NCBI GenBank assembly: GCA_021817905.1
Contig: JAKAFM010000001.1
Span: 3,985-67,984 of the forward strand
Reading direction: 5' to 3'
Source of the DNA: a bacterium
Lineage (GTDB): Bacteria > Patescibacteriota > Microgenomatia > UBA12405
DNA length: 64,000 nucleotides
This document shows, one piece after another, positions 10,201 to 19,770 of this stretch (positions are counted from its first letter, which is position 1; each line of letters begins with the position of its first letter). A program made the translations under genes and the position numbers. The notes beneath the pieces are model-generated. The model was not told where the DNA came from. It searched no databases and saw only the letters and a list, made by a program, of their open reading frames with translations.

Positions 10201-12230
10201 TATCTGTCACCGACCCGGCCGATGGATCACTTGATATCGGCATCAGCCAACCCATTACACTTTCTACCTGGTTTAAACTCAACAGCCTGCCCGCACTCAA
10301 CATTTGGGGAACTTTATTAACTAAAGGTGCAACTAATGGTACTCAATCTGACAATTACATGCTTCAGTATGGCAACGCCGGAGGTAGTGACGAGTTAGAC
10401 GTATGCTTCACTCAAGCTGGCACCGGTACAATGCAGTGCTTCTCTTATGATGATAATAAAAATCAAACGCTTGACACCTCCCGCTGGCATCATTTAGTTT
10501 TTACCTACACCTTCGGTATCGCCAGTTCCGCCAAAATCTATTATGATGGCATTCTTAAAAACGGAACTTGGACTGCCGGTTCAGGAAACGTCATTCCCTA
10601 TACTGGTAACGATGCCCTCTGGATTGGAAATGATCATTACGCTACTTCTAGCTACGAACCGGTCAATGGCCTTATCGACGAAGTCAAAATTTACAACTAC
10701 GCCCTAACCTCCGATGAAATTAAGCTTGATTATAATAACGGTCTGGCCATCAATTTAGGTGCTTTCTCCCAATCGTCGGGCTCCACCGCCCCTGTCAACT
10801 CCACCGCTCAACAATATTGCATCCCCGGCGACACCTCCACTTGTTTACCACCCGTAGGTGAATGGAATTTTGACGAAGGCACTGGCACTTCTGCTTACGA
10901 TTCTTCTGGAAACGGAGGCACGGGGACACTTCTTGGAACCACCTCTTGGGCCACTGGAAAAATTGGCAAGGCCTTATCGTTTGATGGCTCATCCGGCTAT
11001 GTCAGTATTCCTAGTTCTACGTTTTTAAATATTACCGGCGATATCACCATCGAAGCTTGGGCAAAACCAAATCTTCTCGACAGCAATTACCACGATATTA
11101 TTTTTAAGGGAACCACTACCTCTAATTCCACTCGTCAATATGGGCTTCGACTTAATTCATCCAATAATTGGGAAGGATTACTTTACACCGGCACTACTGC
11201 CAATAGTGCCGGTAACGTTGCCGCTTCGGCTGCCAATGCTAACCGTTGGGATCATGTTGTTATGGTCAGAAGTGGAACAATTATGTATATCTATATCAAC
11301 GGCAAGCAAACCGATTACTCTTCCAATATCACCGGCTCACTTAATACTACTTCTAATATTGCTGCCGTCGGCAGAATTGGTGCTGCCAGTGGCGAATATT
11401 TTCCCGGTTTAATTGATAACGTTAAAATCTTTAATTATGCCCGCACTCCCGCTCAAATCGCCTATGATTACAATCGCGGCGGCGCCCTGTTATGGTACAA
11501 ACTAGACGAATGTCAGGGCAATATTGCCAATGATGCGTCAGGAAATAATAATAGCGGCACCATCACTATTGGTACCTCGGGTACTCAAGGAGCACTTGGC
11601 ACCTGCAACAATGGCACTGGCTCGACCGCAGCCTGGGGAGTTGGTTCTTCAGGACAGTTCAACTCCTCGCTTAGTTTTGATGGTACCGATGATTATCTCA
11701 GTACTACCTCAACTTTAAATTTATCACTATCAACTATCTCGACTGTCTCATTCTGGCTTAATTGGTCAAACTATACCAATAACGATAGCTTAGCAATGGA
11801 ATCAAGCATTAATTACAATTCAAACACTGGAGCCATCCTAATTGATCCCAACTCCTCAGCTAGCGGTGGTGGCAACTTTGAAGTTAGTATCCACGGTACT
11901 GGTTACGCCAACCTGCTATTTACTCGCCCTTCTGCTGGCGTCTGGCATCATTACACCTTTGTTATTGATTCCAGCACTTTAAACGGAAATATTACCGCCT
12001 ATGTTGACGGTAAACTTGTCAACGGCACTTTTTCAAGTGGTTTAAATGGTCCTTACTATCAGGGCAACTATACTTGGTACTTTATGAGCCGGGCTGGTAG
12101 TAGCCTCTTTGGAGCCGGGAAAATGGACGATATCCGTATTTTTAACTATGGACTCACAAAAACTCAAATCCAAACCCTTTATAACCAGAATTTTGCCGCG
12201 CGCTTTGCTCCAACTGTTGGCAAACCTTAA
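7209..12230 (+). CDS. Giant membrane-anchored surface protein with at least six LamG / concanavalin-A-like lectin repeats
   Basis: The ORF runs 7182-12230 (1682 aa); the probable start is M at 7209, ahead of the signal-anchor FSKLLAVTLILILGSF. The unit W-x-FDEG-xG...DSSGN...G...SAPSW..GKFG.ALSFDG ... IDEVKIYNxALT recurs about every 230 aa, which is the LamG_3-type signature. Confidence 0.8.
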   Translation: MVHPIFYSYGYNGIVKRFSKLLAVTLILILGSFLAYRLITQSRPVQADWYNDSWAFRNALPITSHSVGETNVYIVATLNISATANAQTNDADIRITKTNGEVLPYYFVSGVGTTSIVVHVLIDNFPAGAQTLYYYYGNPSARPMVSQTDFSTLASSYTIGTLGSQEKSPGPLAYWKFDEGQGSVTSDSVSNHYLTFGTGSSAPSWATEDQCVSGKCLYFNGNNYLASSETFNNVQSVSFWVNPKNATQGFALPSFSPSTLLTGYTGSNANYWIFETTASKRIAQSFQLGQTSQIAQISFYGHRSTINQNWTVQSDIETDNAGIPSGTIISTSDCMPFNNLDTANNVPITFNYSTPPTLTGNTTYHVVFKIYNDSSCTTEQTVKDTQNYVFIRYNTTNTYTSGNESLYSSSDVWTAQTGEDVAFSVTSTNNVVDIGSSSGQIVTTGFSSPTIYINGILKTTLNLNQWQLVTVTTATPFSAVNPSLGQSNTAFATAYMDNYKLYSYQLTANQVKAEFNSKGITTNKGSAVNLGSNNRNSDALSQGLVGYWKLDENIGTSTLDSSGNNNTAVFGTGTSAPSWASGKFGIGLSFNTNDYASIGNTITISSFSLWYYPTTTAPAFLEFDASTNIGASASTIYTNGISSPKIYIDGNPSLSIGTTNTWHHLVVTTSSTIIGSLIKFGKAGSFFLNGQLDDIHFYNRTLSPLEVQYLYGWAPGPIGYWNFNENNNLNNIANDISGSNNPFTLYGPLYTAGKYGSSLKFNGTSSYGVTSSPLTILNGKGAFTVSAWINPTFASNASTRPLRHIAALGGSYGPNLNFIDNGTKYYIDCSVWNTAVTGINVNTSSTGLPTWSANTWHYYTCRYTGSIIELYWDGQLLASSAGSGNVHNSDGPAYLGSVNSSLEFWSGLIDDLKIYDYPRTQKQIIEDMNAGHPAANPNSMLAYYKFDEGYGSIANNSTNNGSVLNGTLGPGSSAPTWTNNGKFGRALSFSSTNNGQYVSVTDPADGSLDIGISQPITLSTWFKLNSLPALNIWGTLLTKGATNGTQSDNYMLQYGNAGGSDELDVCFTQAGTGTMQCFSYDDNKNQTLDTSRWHHLVFTYTFGIASSAKIYYDGILKNGTWTAGSGNVIPYTGNDALWIGNDHYATSSYEPVNGLIDEVKIYNYALTSDEIKLDYNNGLAINLGAFSQSSGSTAPVNSTAQQYCIPGDTSTCLPPVGEWNFDEGTGTSAYDSSGNGGTGTLLGTTSWATGKIGKALSFDGSSGYVSIPSSTFLNITGDITIEAWAKPNLLDSNYHDIIFKGTTTSNSTRQYGLRLNSSNNWEGLLYTGTTANSAGNVAASAANANRWDHVVMVRSGTIMYIYINGKQTDYSSNITGSLNTTSNIAAVGRIGAASGEYFPGLIDNVKIFNYARTPAQIAYDYNRGGALLWYKLDECQGNIANDASGNNNSGTITIGTSGTQGALGTCNNGTGSTAAWGVGSSGQFNSSLSFDGTDDYLSTTSTLNLSLSTISTVSFWLNWSNYTNNDSLAMESSINYNSNTGAILIDPNSSASGGGNFEVSIHGTGYANLLFTRPSAGVWHHYTFVIDSSTLNGNITAYVDGKLVNGTFSSGLNGPYYQGNYTWYFMSRAGSSLFGAGKMDDIRIFNYGLTKTQIQTLYNQNFAARFAPTVGKP

Positions 12231-12730
12231 TTCAGCTGTACTGAAGTCACGATCTTTCCAAAATCTTTCTCTAATTCAGGATCATTACTATTAGCAGTTA
12301 AAGCTACCGACACTACTTGGTCTCCAAACATTTGCCAACAAACCCGCTCCCAAACATCTTTTTTTTGATAACATCGCCAATCATCAATTGCCAAGGCTTG
12401 ATACAAATCATTTTTTAGACTTCTCATTTTTATATCTGAAAGCTCATCTAAATTTCCACTATAATCTTTAGCCATTACTACCAGCTGTTGGGACAAACCA
12501 ACCGTTCCCACTAACAATACCTTTTTTTCTTCACTGCTTAAAACAGTCAAAGAGGGTGGATACTTAAAATGAAATGTTTTCCCTTGATAATCAATCCAGG
12601 CCGTTGATTGGCTTGCCAGCGGCTCTATCTTTGGGGTAGTTACTGTTCCCACACTAGGTTGTCGCATCCACCACCAAAAAACAGCTATCAATATCGCCAC
12701 TGTTCCCGATAACAATAACCATTTTCTCAT
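12227..12730 (-). CDS. Hypothetical membrane-anchored protein
   Basis: 167 aa with N-terminal TM (LLLSGTVAILIAVFWWW). It is the last gene of the minus-strand surface-protein operon. Confidence 0.5.
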   Translation of the reverse strand: MRKWLLLSGTVAILIAVFWWWMRQPSVGTVTTPKIEPLASQSTAWIDYQGKTFHFKYPPSLTVLSSEEKKVLLVGTVGLSQQLVVMAKDYSGNLDELSDIKMRSLKNDLYQALAIDDWRCYQKKDVWERVCWQMFGDQVVSVALTANSNDPELEKDFGKIVTSVQLN

Positions 12731-13410
12731 TATTTCCCGGCAATAATCAAAATATCAGCATCGGGCTGCGTCTCGCCATCAGGCAACGTTTGCACCTTAC
12801 CATTTACTAATTGAGCCATATCACTAGCTAACCCGGCATAATTACCCGTTAAATCTACTACTACTGTCTGGCCATAATCGCTTCGAGCCGCATTGCCGTG
12901 ACCAGTTACCTGAATACCGTCAATACCGCTTATTTTCTGCTCAACAGTTTTAGCTAAATTGGCCACTGTTGTCCCGTTTAACACCACTACTCTAACTTTT
13001 GCGGCCACTCCCGTTGGTGATGGTTTAACTGGCACCGCTGATTGATCATTAATCGTCAATGGCACCATATCGATAACTTTATTAGTTGACGGTCGATACA
13101 AAATTGCCCGTCTAATCTTGGTATAAATAAGCACTTTATCACCATTTTGTGATTTTTGAAAAAACGGCTGATCCTTTAATTTATCTTTATCCACGATAGT
13201 CGCCAAAGTAGGGGATTCGTCGGTGGGCAAATCCATATACTGACTAATTTTAGTCACATAACTTAAAACCTCGGCTGCCGCCACTTTTTGTGGATTTTGA
13301 GATGCTTTTTTATATTGCCGATAAAAATAATATGCTGTTCCGCTTAAACCCAAAATCAAGAGCACAATACCTGCGCCCGCTATCCACTTAACAATTGGTT
13401 GTTTCATCAT
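12730..13410 (-). CDS. LytR_C domain (LytR cell-envelope-related attenuator C-terminal) protein
   Basis: N-terminal TM, then C-terminal VRVVVLNGTTVANLAKTV...GNAAR..YGQTVVV, a LytR_C pattern. Start chosen at MMKQPIVKW (13410) rather than the ORF-track start at 13521. Confidence 0.6.
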   Translation of the reverse strand: MMKQPIVKWIAGAGIVLLILGLSGTAYYFYRQYKKASQNPQKVAAAEVLSYVTKISQYMDLPTDESPTLATIVDKDKLKDQPFFQKSQNGDKVLIYTKIRRAILYRPSTNKVIDMVPLTINDQSAVPVKPSPTGVAAKVRVVVLNGTTVANLAKTVEQKISGIDGIQVTGHGNAARSDYGQTVVVDLTGNYAGLASDMAQLVNGKVQTLPDGETQPDADILIIAGK

Positions 13411-13427
13411 ATTCAATTTTACCGCAA

Positions 13428-16370
13428 TTAAAAAGTGAATGGTTGCCTTACTCCATTTGAAAACCATTCCCCATGCCGCATAATTTGATCTAATGTTGGC
13501 CCGGAAGAAAAAATCCAACAAGTACCATTATTCCCCATATTAGTTGATCCTACCCCAATGGTCGCATTAGCCGATCCGACCGCACACCCGGAATCCTTAA
13601 TACCTATATAAGAAATGGTTGACTGGGCATTCAAGAAATTTACCAACCACTGCGAACCGGGAGTATCGGATTGCACCAATGCCAACGTCCCGGCGACCCC
13701 GGTCACCGTCATTGTCCCTCCGATAGTAAACACTGGTGTTGATCCCACTCCCGCTTCAAACTGAACTACTTTACCCGGATTGGTAATACTTAAACTATTG
13801 AAAGCCATCGATGTTGTTCCCACCGACACTACTGTCGTCGCCCCTCCGCTTAAATTAACCAATCCTGTATTAGCATTAAAAGTACCATTATTAGTTAACG
13901 CCCCCGATACGTCAAGCGTATTTGCCCCCGCTGTATAGGTTCCTCCAATAGTTACATTATTGGTAAAAACATTTCCTGCCGGTTGATACAAATTCCCCGG
14001 AAACACATATAACTTATACTGACTAAATTGGTTGCGAACATCGGTCGTCAAGGTATTTCCCACATCAACATTAAAAAAAACATCACTTGTTCCTGTTCCC
14101 GCCACCGAATTATCGTAATTTGCCAAATCAGTATTACCAATCGATACTGTCCCGCCACTATCACCAATTGTTAAAGTTTGCTCGTATAAATTAAGCCCAG
14201 ATATATTCCCTGAACCTGAGTATTCTGTCACTGTATTCGCCCGAGCCGTTACCCCAACTCCAGAAACAAAAGCAGTTAGCACATCGTTAGGTACCGGCTG
14301 ATCAACACTACTAAAAACATAAGTTCCCCCGGAGATAGTGGTTGTCGTCGATCGCAAACTGCCGTTAACGGCATAACGTATTGTTTCCCCTGTCGCACAA
14401 TTTGTGGTCATATCATATTTTTTACACGACCCAGAAATTGAGATCGGCGCATTTTTAATTTCTACCGCAATCCCACCAATATTTGAAGTTGTACTTTGGG
14501 TCATATTGACCGCCGTTGCCCCATATGCCGTCTTCCATTCAACTTTCATACTCGTTGTCGGATTATTAAAAGCTACCCCCGTACCCCCACTATATCCAGC
14601 TCCAGCCGTTAACGAATTGGCATTATTAACCGCATTAGCAAATCCACCCGCCGTGATATTAGAACTTGCCGACAAGGCACTTAAATTAATTGTCAACCCG
14701 GTGGCCGCTGTTGAACTATCACTCGCCCCCACCCCATACTGCACAACCGCCCCCGACCCGTCAGTTCCCGACGTATCCACCCCGCTAAATTCGACGATAA
14801 TATAACCCAGACCGGTTGCACTCTGCCCCCAGGTAATTGTGTTAGTTCCTGTACTCAATCCCGACGTCTTTAGTGCCCGGAATAAGGTAATATTACTTAA
14901 TTTTGTTGACGTAGTATTAAATTGCTGATTGGCAACTTTTACCCAATTAAGGCCTGTGGTTGTTGTTACTGTCGGCGTACTGGTCGCCGTTCCATAGGTT
15001 TGTATGGTCCACATTAAATAAAGCCGGTTTGCCACCGGCGTAAAACTATTAGTAACGGTTGACGTCGCCGCTGTTGTCGTTGCTCCTTGAGTAATCTGGG
15101 CTACCGTTACATAGTCAACGGCAATCTGCCACTCCCGATTTTCACTAAAGACAGTCTGGTTATTACTCACAAATTCTAGCGGTCCAACCGTATAAAATTG
15201 CGGACTTATCGATGGAGTTTGAAAGGTATATCCTAAAATAAGATCATCTCCATTTTTGGCATTCACTTCCCAAATAACTTTTTTTATGCCCAACCCTGGT
15301 TGCTCTTCAATCCGATCATAATTTTGGACTCCACCTTCACTCTGTTGATCAATCACAAAACTCAACGGCACTGTTTCCGAAACTTCACCCTTAAAATCAG
15401 CACCCATCGTTACAGACATGGTCATCGGATAAGTATAAGGTGGAAATACCCGGGTAATACTATCGCGATCAATACTCGCCCAATTGAATTCTGCTACCTC
15501 GAACTGATTAGTAATCGTATATGATCCATTTTTTGTCACCGCACTCATCGTCATTTGATACGTTCCACTGTCCGGCCCCACCATATAAGTAGCTTCATAA
15601 TCCGGTTGTAGCGTGTAATCGTGGCCCGAACACACTGAATTTATTTTTACCAGTCCATTTGCAGTCGACAAAGTATCTATCTTACCGGTTACCGTATTCT
15701 TAATATCCAAAGTTACTGCTGCATCACAAACCGTCTTACCCTGTTCATCCAAAACCGCCATCGAAATCAAACTATTTTCCAAGGGTCGATAAACCGCCTT
15801 GTTAGTATTAAGGGCCAACACTCCCCACAGAAAATCCTGTTGACTTATCACCCCAAAACTGTCCGACATTGTCACCCGATATTTTCCCGGCATAAACTGA
15901 TGCGGAGGATCAACTTTTACTATCGTCACATCATCAATTTGTTCATTTTCAACATTGGCAGTTATTAACTCACCCTGATTATTTCTAACCTCAGTTTTTA
16001 TGGTATTGACGGTAGTGTTTAACAGTTCCGCCTCAACCTTCTCGCCATTATCATACATACTTTTCATTCCCTGACGAAGCTTTGCCGGAACCCTTAATTG
16101 CGCCGAACCTCCGGTTGGAATTGCCAGTCCACTTCCTGGCGGTAAGGTGGGTATAAGCAACAAAGGTTGTCCACTTTGGCTAGCTACATTAATTGGTGGG
16201 GGAGTCAGATCTATAGGCGCCAAAGTGGACACCACCGATGTCCCAACCTGGCCACTCCCGGTAGCCAAAAAGGTTGTCGGACTGAGTTCTTGAGCATAGG
16301 CCACATTTCCCGACACTATTGTCACTACCATCCAACAACCAACCAATAATAGTAAATTTTTCCATCTCAT
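13428..16370 (-). CDS. Large secreted surface protein with a beta-helix-like, T/G/N-rich C-terminal half
   Basis: 980 aa. Sec signal peptide MRWKNLLLLVGCWMVVTIVSGNVAYA. Long runs of short G/T/N-rich beta-strand repeats. Ends ...NGTCWIFSS. Confidence 0.65.
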   Translation of the reverse strand: MRWKNLLLLVGCWMVVTIVSGNVAYAQELSPTTFLATGSGQVGTSVVSTLAPIDLTPPPINVASQSGQPLLLIPTLPPGSGLAIPTGGSAQLRVPAKLRQGMKSMYDNGEKVEAELLNTTVNTIKTEVRNNQGELITANVENEQIDDVTIVKVDPPHQFMPGKYRVTMSDSFGVISQQDFLWGVLALNTNKAVYRPLENSLISMAVLDEQGKTVCDAAVTLDIKNTVTGKIDTLSTANGLVKINSVCSGHDYTLQPDYEATYMVGPDSGTYQMTMSAVTKNGSYTITNQFEVAEFNWASIDRDSITRVFPPYTYPMTMSVTMGADFKGEVSETVPLSFVIDQQSEGGVQNYDRIEEQPGLGIKKVIWEVNAKNGDDLILGYTFQTPSISPQFYTVGPLEFVSNNQTVFSENREWQIAVDYVTVAQITQGATTTAATSTVTNSFTPVANRLYLMWTIQTYGTATSTPTVTTTTGLNWVKVANQQFNTTSTKLSNITLFRALKTSGLSTGTNTITWGQSATGLGYIIVEFSGVDTSGTDGSGAVVQYGVGASDSSTAATGLTINLSALSASSNITAGGFANAVNNANSLTAGAGYSGGTGVAFNNPTTSMKVEWKTAYGATAVNMTQSTTSNIGGIAVEIKNAPISISGSCKKYDMTTNCATGETIRYAVNGSLRSTTTTISGGTYVFSSVDQPVPNDVLTAFVSGVGVTARANTVTEYSGSGNISGLNLYEQTLTIGDSGGTVSIGNTDLANYDNSVAGTGTSDVFFNVDVGNTLTTDVRNQFSQYKLYVFPGNLYQPAGNVFTNNVTIGGTYTAGANTLDVSGALTNNGTFNANTGLVNLSGGATTVVSVGTTSMAFNSLSITNPGKVVQFEAGVGSTPVFTIGGTMTVTGVAGTLALVQSDTPGSQWLVNFLNAQSTISYIGIKDSGCAVGSANATIGVGSTNMGNNGTCWIFSSGPTLDQIMRHGEWFSNGVRQPFTF

Positions 16371-18697
16371 CGGGCGTTATATCTCAAAATAATATCACCG
16401 GCCCGGGTCAAGGCACTCGATGTATTCTTTGCCGCCAGTTTTATTCTAATAATTGCGGTCTGCCCGGCCGCATTCCACTGTGGTGACGAACCACTGCTCA
16501 GTGTCGTACTGGTACATCCCGAACTCGACCATGCTGTTGAGGCTGTTGAACCTATTGAACAGACACTGGTCCCCGGAGTATCGGTATCATTATTCACCCG
16601 ATAAGAAATATAGTTATCACCTGTAGTCCCAAGGCCAGTCTGATAATTGAATTGCAGTGCGCACGTTGAACCCGGGCAACTTCCTGTCTGCCAGCTACTA
16701 AAATCACCCGGCAAAGTTACTCTGACCAACACCGAATAATCCTGAAGGGCCGCATTAGTCGATGACCACTGATAATAATTTTGCCACCCGCTGGTGCCAG
16801 TATTCAAATTATTATCCGAAGTCAAAGATCCATCATTAGATGTCGAACCGTCTTTCGACAATGATGCCCCCGAATACTCTGGCGAAAGTACTATTTGAGA
16901 AGTATAGGTTGACGAACCAGCGCAGGCCCCCCAAGTACCGTTGGCATAACACCGAAAAGCATTCGAGGCAGTACTATAATACATCGCTCCATTTGTTCCC
17001 GCCGGATCACTACTACCATTATCCATCACAAACAAAATTGGTGAAGTTTTTCCCACTCCAGTCCCGATAATCACCTCGCCGGTTGGCCCGACATCAAAAA
17101 TAACATTGCCGGCATTAAAGGTTCGTAACGTTAAATCTGAACTTCCATAGATCGGTCCCGATTCGACAGACAAAGGTGCTCCCGATCGTATAGTTGACGA
17201 AGTTGGGTTGGTAAAATACATATCATAAGCAATACCTACATCACCAGCCGAAGTTAAGTTAAACGGATTATTTACCGTTGATTGCTGTGGCGATACCGAA
17301 GCGATATCACTCCCATTATTATTAAGATCCAAAATATTACCGTTACCATCACTTTCGACATACATTCCCCCAGCATTTGGATCGGTATTACCATTATAAA
17401 TACCTGCTACATAACCTGTACTTCCAGTACCATAAATATCAAATTGGTGACCCAGGCCGGAAGTTCCTATCCCCACATTACCACCACTACCAACATAAAA
17501 TACTTGGGTATTTCCTAATCCCAATAATGAAAAATAAAAAGATGAAACCCCTACATTGGTATTTTGGGTTAAAGTCCCACCTAAACCCACTGCCCCCGAT
17601 ATTAATTGCAAACCATTGGTAGCAGTCGCTGACCCCCCTGGTGGCAACGTTCCTTGAACCAAAACACCACTGCTATTGATATACAATACCGTGTTTCCCA
17701 CCCCTACCGGAATTCCTGTCATCGTTACCGACCCTCCAATTGAAAGGTTGGTAGAAATATTAACATTACCAACAACATCCAATTTATACCCCGGATTTGA
17801 TGTGCCAATTCCCACCCAACCACTAGTCCCAATAAACAACGCCTGACTATTACCCAACCCCAAAAAATTAACCGTAAATGATGAAGTACCAATTGAGGTA
17901 TTTTGTACCAAGGTTCCACCCAAACCAACCGAACCAGCAATCAAAGATAACCCATTTGTTGTTGATGCCGAGCCACTGGGAGGTAAAGTTCCTTGAGTAA
18001 TACTTCCATTACTGCTGATATATAAAACAGTCGATCCTGTTCCCAAGGGAATATTAGTCAAACTTAATGACCCGCCAATTGCCAAGTTACCCGTAACCCC
18101 TACGCCTCCCGTGATTACTAAGCCCGCAAAAAGAGGCGAATTAGTCGTCTGTAAACTCTGATTCAAACTAACCCCAACTCCCGAAGTCACAAAAGAATCT
18201 CCAAAACTTATCGTTTTGCCATTAGGAATGGTTAAGGTTCCGGTCGTATTAGTTACCGTCAATCCCGACACTTTCAAAGCATTCATCGCATAGGGCACAG
18301 CCGTAAATTGTAACCGAGGGCTCATATCACCATCACCATTAAAATTTACCGATAAATAAAGGCTATCAGTATTAAAATCAATTGACGATGGAAAAGTAGT
18401 GTAAGTTCCTAAAGCCACATTAAAAGTCCCGCTGGTTACCGGCACCTGTGTTGTCCCCGAATTCCAAGTTTCTGTCCATAACGATGACCCTGCCGACAAA
18501 GCATTCCAAATTGTAAAAGTAAAATTATAACTTCCATCCGCCACATTGGTTCCATCAGTTGACCCTATCCCTTTATTAACCACCTTACCCTGAAAATTAA
18601 TTTTTTGATTTATTCCTGTCGCTGCCAACACAGAGCCTGACCCTGCCAATCCCGCCACTAAAATCACCACAAACACAAGCACTTTTAAGTACTTCAT
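16367..18697 (-). CDS. Secreted protein with tandem ~100-aa repeats and a tail-fibre-like GIGT(S/T)xP motif
   Basis: 776 aa. Signal peptide. Two tandem repeats (G[SN]TVLYI[SN]S.G...QGTLPP.GSA..TNGL.L..G.VGLGGTL.QNT..G.SSF....LGLGN.Q......G.VGIGTS). VGIGTSNPGYKLDV resembles phage tail-fibre and chaperone-of-endosialidase-neighbour repeats. The start overlaps the stop of the upstream gene (ATGA). Confidence 0.65.
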   Translation of the reverse strand: MKYLKVLVFVVILVAGLAGSGSVLAATGINQKINFQGKVVNKGIGSTDGTNVADGSYNFTFTIWNALSAGSSLWTETWNSGTTQVPVTSGTFNVALGTYTTFPSSIDFNTDSLYLSVNFNGDGDMSPRLQFTAVPYAMNALKVSGLTVTNTTGTLTIPNGKTISFGDSFVTSGVGVSLNQSLQTTNSPLFAGLVITGGVGVTGNLAIGGSLSLTNIPLGTGSTVLYISSNGSITQGTLPPSGSASTTNGLSLIAGSVGLGGTLVQNTSIGTSSFTVNFLGLGNSQALFIGTSGWVGIGTSNPGYKLDVVGNVNISTNLSIGGSVTMTGIPVGVGNTVLYINSSGVLVQGTLPPGGSATATNGLQLISGAVGLGGTLTQNTNVGVSSFYFSLLGLGNTQVFYVGSGGNVGIGTSGLGHQFDIYGTGSTGYVAGIYNGNTDPNAGGMYVESDGNGNILDLNNNGSDIASVSPQQSTVNNPFNLTSAGDVGIAYDMYFTNPTSSTIRSGAPLSVESGPIYGSSDLTLRTFNAGNVIFDVGPTGEVIIGTGVGKTSPILFVMDNGSSDPAGTNGAMYYSTASNAFRCYANGTWGACAGSSTYTSQIVLSPEYSGASLSKDGSTSNDGSLTSDNNLNTGTSGWQNYYQWSSTNAALQDYSVLVRVTLPGDFSSWQTGSCPGSTCALQFNYQTGLGTTGDNYISYRVNNDTDTPGTSVCSIGSTASTAWSSSGCTSTTLSSGSSPQWNAAGQTAIIRIKLAAKNTSSALTRAGDIILRYNAR

Positions 18698-18825
18698 TAT
18701 ATATTTTTCGATAGGATAGGTAAATATATCCTAAAAAACCAGGAAAAATTAAATCCTAGTATCTAATTGTAGTGGTCAGGGGGAAAGGGGTAAAGACATC
18801 ACTATAGATCAAATTATCATTGCAT

Positions 18826-19770
18826 TTAATTCGGTAACTTAGGGTTTTTTTTAATAAATTTTTTAGAAATATAAATAGTACTCCCAAATAATCCAATTAT
18901 GAAGGCCAACAACAACCAAAACAAAGGAGCTCCGGCAGAAAAATAATGATCTTTCACTAATGTCGTATCAGCCACCCCATCGTAACGATAATTTACATTT
19001 ATTGTGTAGTTACCCGGAAAAAAGAGACGAGACAGAGGATAAAGTTGAGTCCGATAAACTCTAAAACTTTCCGGCAAAATAATTGCGGAATCGCTATTAA
19101 TTAACCCCTTGCCCACCACGCGCCCCAAAACATCAACCACAGTAACTGTCCCTCGAGGAACTAAATGAACATTACCACTATTTTGAAAACGTAATAAAAC
19201 AGTCGACGGCAGCCGAAACCAAGCAGCATCGTGTTCAATTTTTCTTAAATCAAGTTGTTTAATCTCTGCGCCACCCTGTTTGTCAACAAAAAATAAACTG
19301 GCATATGCTTGATTTACATTCACAACACTCCCAGGCTTAACATCACTTACCTGACTAAAAAGCACCGCTCCATAATGTCCGCCTGAAGTCAATGAATCTT
19401 TATTAAGAACCGTCACTTTAACTTTCTCCTCACTTCCCGCCGCCACCTCGAGCCTATCCTTTTCCAATTGCAACCATGACGCCAGCGAATATTTATATTT
19501 CTGCATTTCCTGGCCATTCACTCCCAAAAATTGAACCCCTCCAGAATCATTTAGGCTCCCAAAATCAACCACTGATAATTGAAAAGTTTGACTAAAAGTA
19601 TTATGGTTCGCTACCGTCAAAATTTCACTGTGAGAATTCTCTGCTGGTAACAATGTTACCGACACAAATGGAGGAGATATTGAAAATCCACCACTGACAG
19701 CAAAACACCTATCCGGCCTCAATAAAATAATCATCACTAACAATAAAAATTGCTTTAAAAACGTATGCAT
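18826..19770 (-). CDS. Secreted protein with a C-terminal TM anchor and basic tail (DUF916/DUF3324-like architecture)
   Basis: 314 aa. N-terminal signal peptide. C-terminal LFWLLLAFIIGLFGSTIYI followed by KKFIKKNPK. Paralogous to 19771-20814. Confidence 0.55.
   Translation of the reverse strand: MHTFLKQFLLLVMIILLRPDRCFAVSGGFSISPPFVSVTLLPAENSHSEILTVANHNTFSQTFQLSVVDFGSLNDSGGVQFLGVNGQEMQKYKYSLASWLQLEKDRLEVAAGSEEKVKVTVLNKDSLTSGGHYGAVLFSQVSDVKPGSVVNVNQAYASLFFVDKQGGAEIKQLDLRKIEHDAAWFRLPSTVLLRFQNSGNVHLVPRGTVTVVDVLGRVVGKGLINSDSAIILPESFRVYRTQLYPLSRLFFPGNYTINVNYRYDGVADTTLVKDHYFSAGAPLFWLLLAFIIGLFGSTIYISKKFIKKNPKLPN

Noticed and set aside
14404-14805. Antisense ORFs inside the giant surface-protein genes (e.g. 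14404-14805, 8371-8727, 17282-17622, 24395-24649)
   Set aside because: They are fully embedded in much longer, well-supported ORFs on the other strand or in another frame. Their composition is low-complexity and mirrors the T/G/S-rich sense strand.
18698-18825. Small ncRNA or terminator in the 128-bp gap between the 776-aa and 314-aa genes
   Set aside because: Only weak, short inverted repeats are present with no convincing stem plus U-tract. It is likely an internal promoter or spacer.
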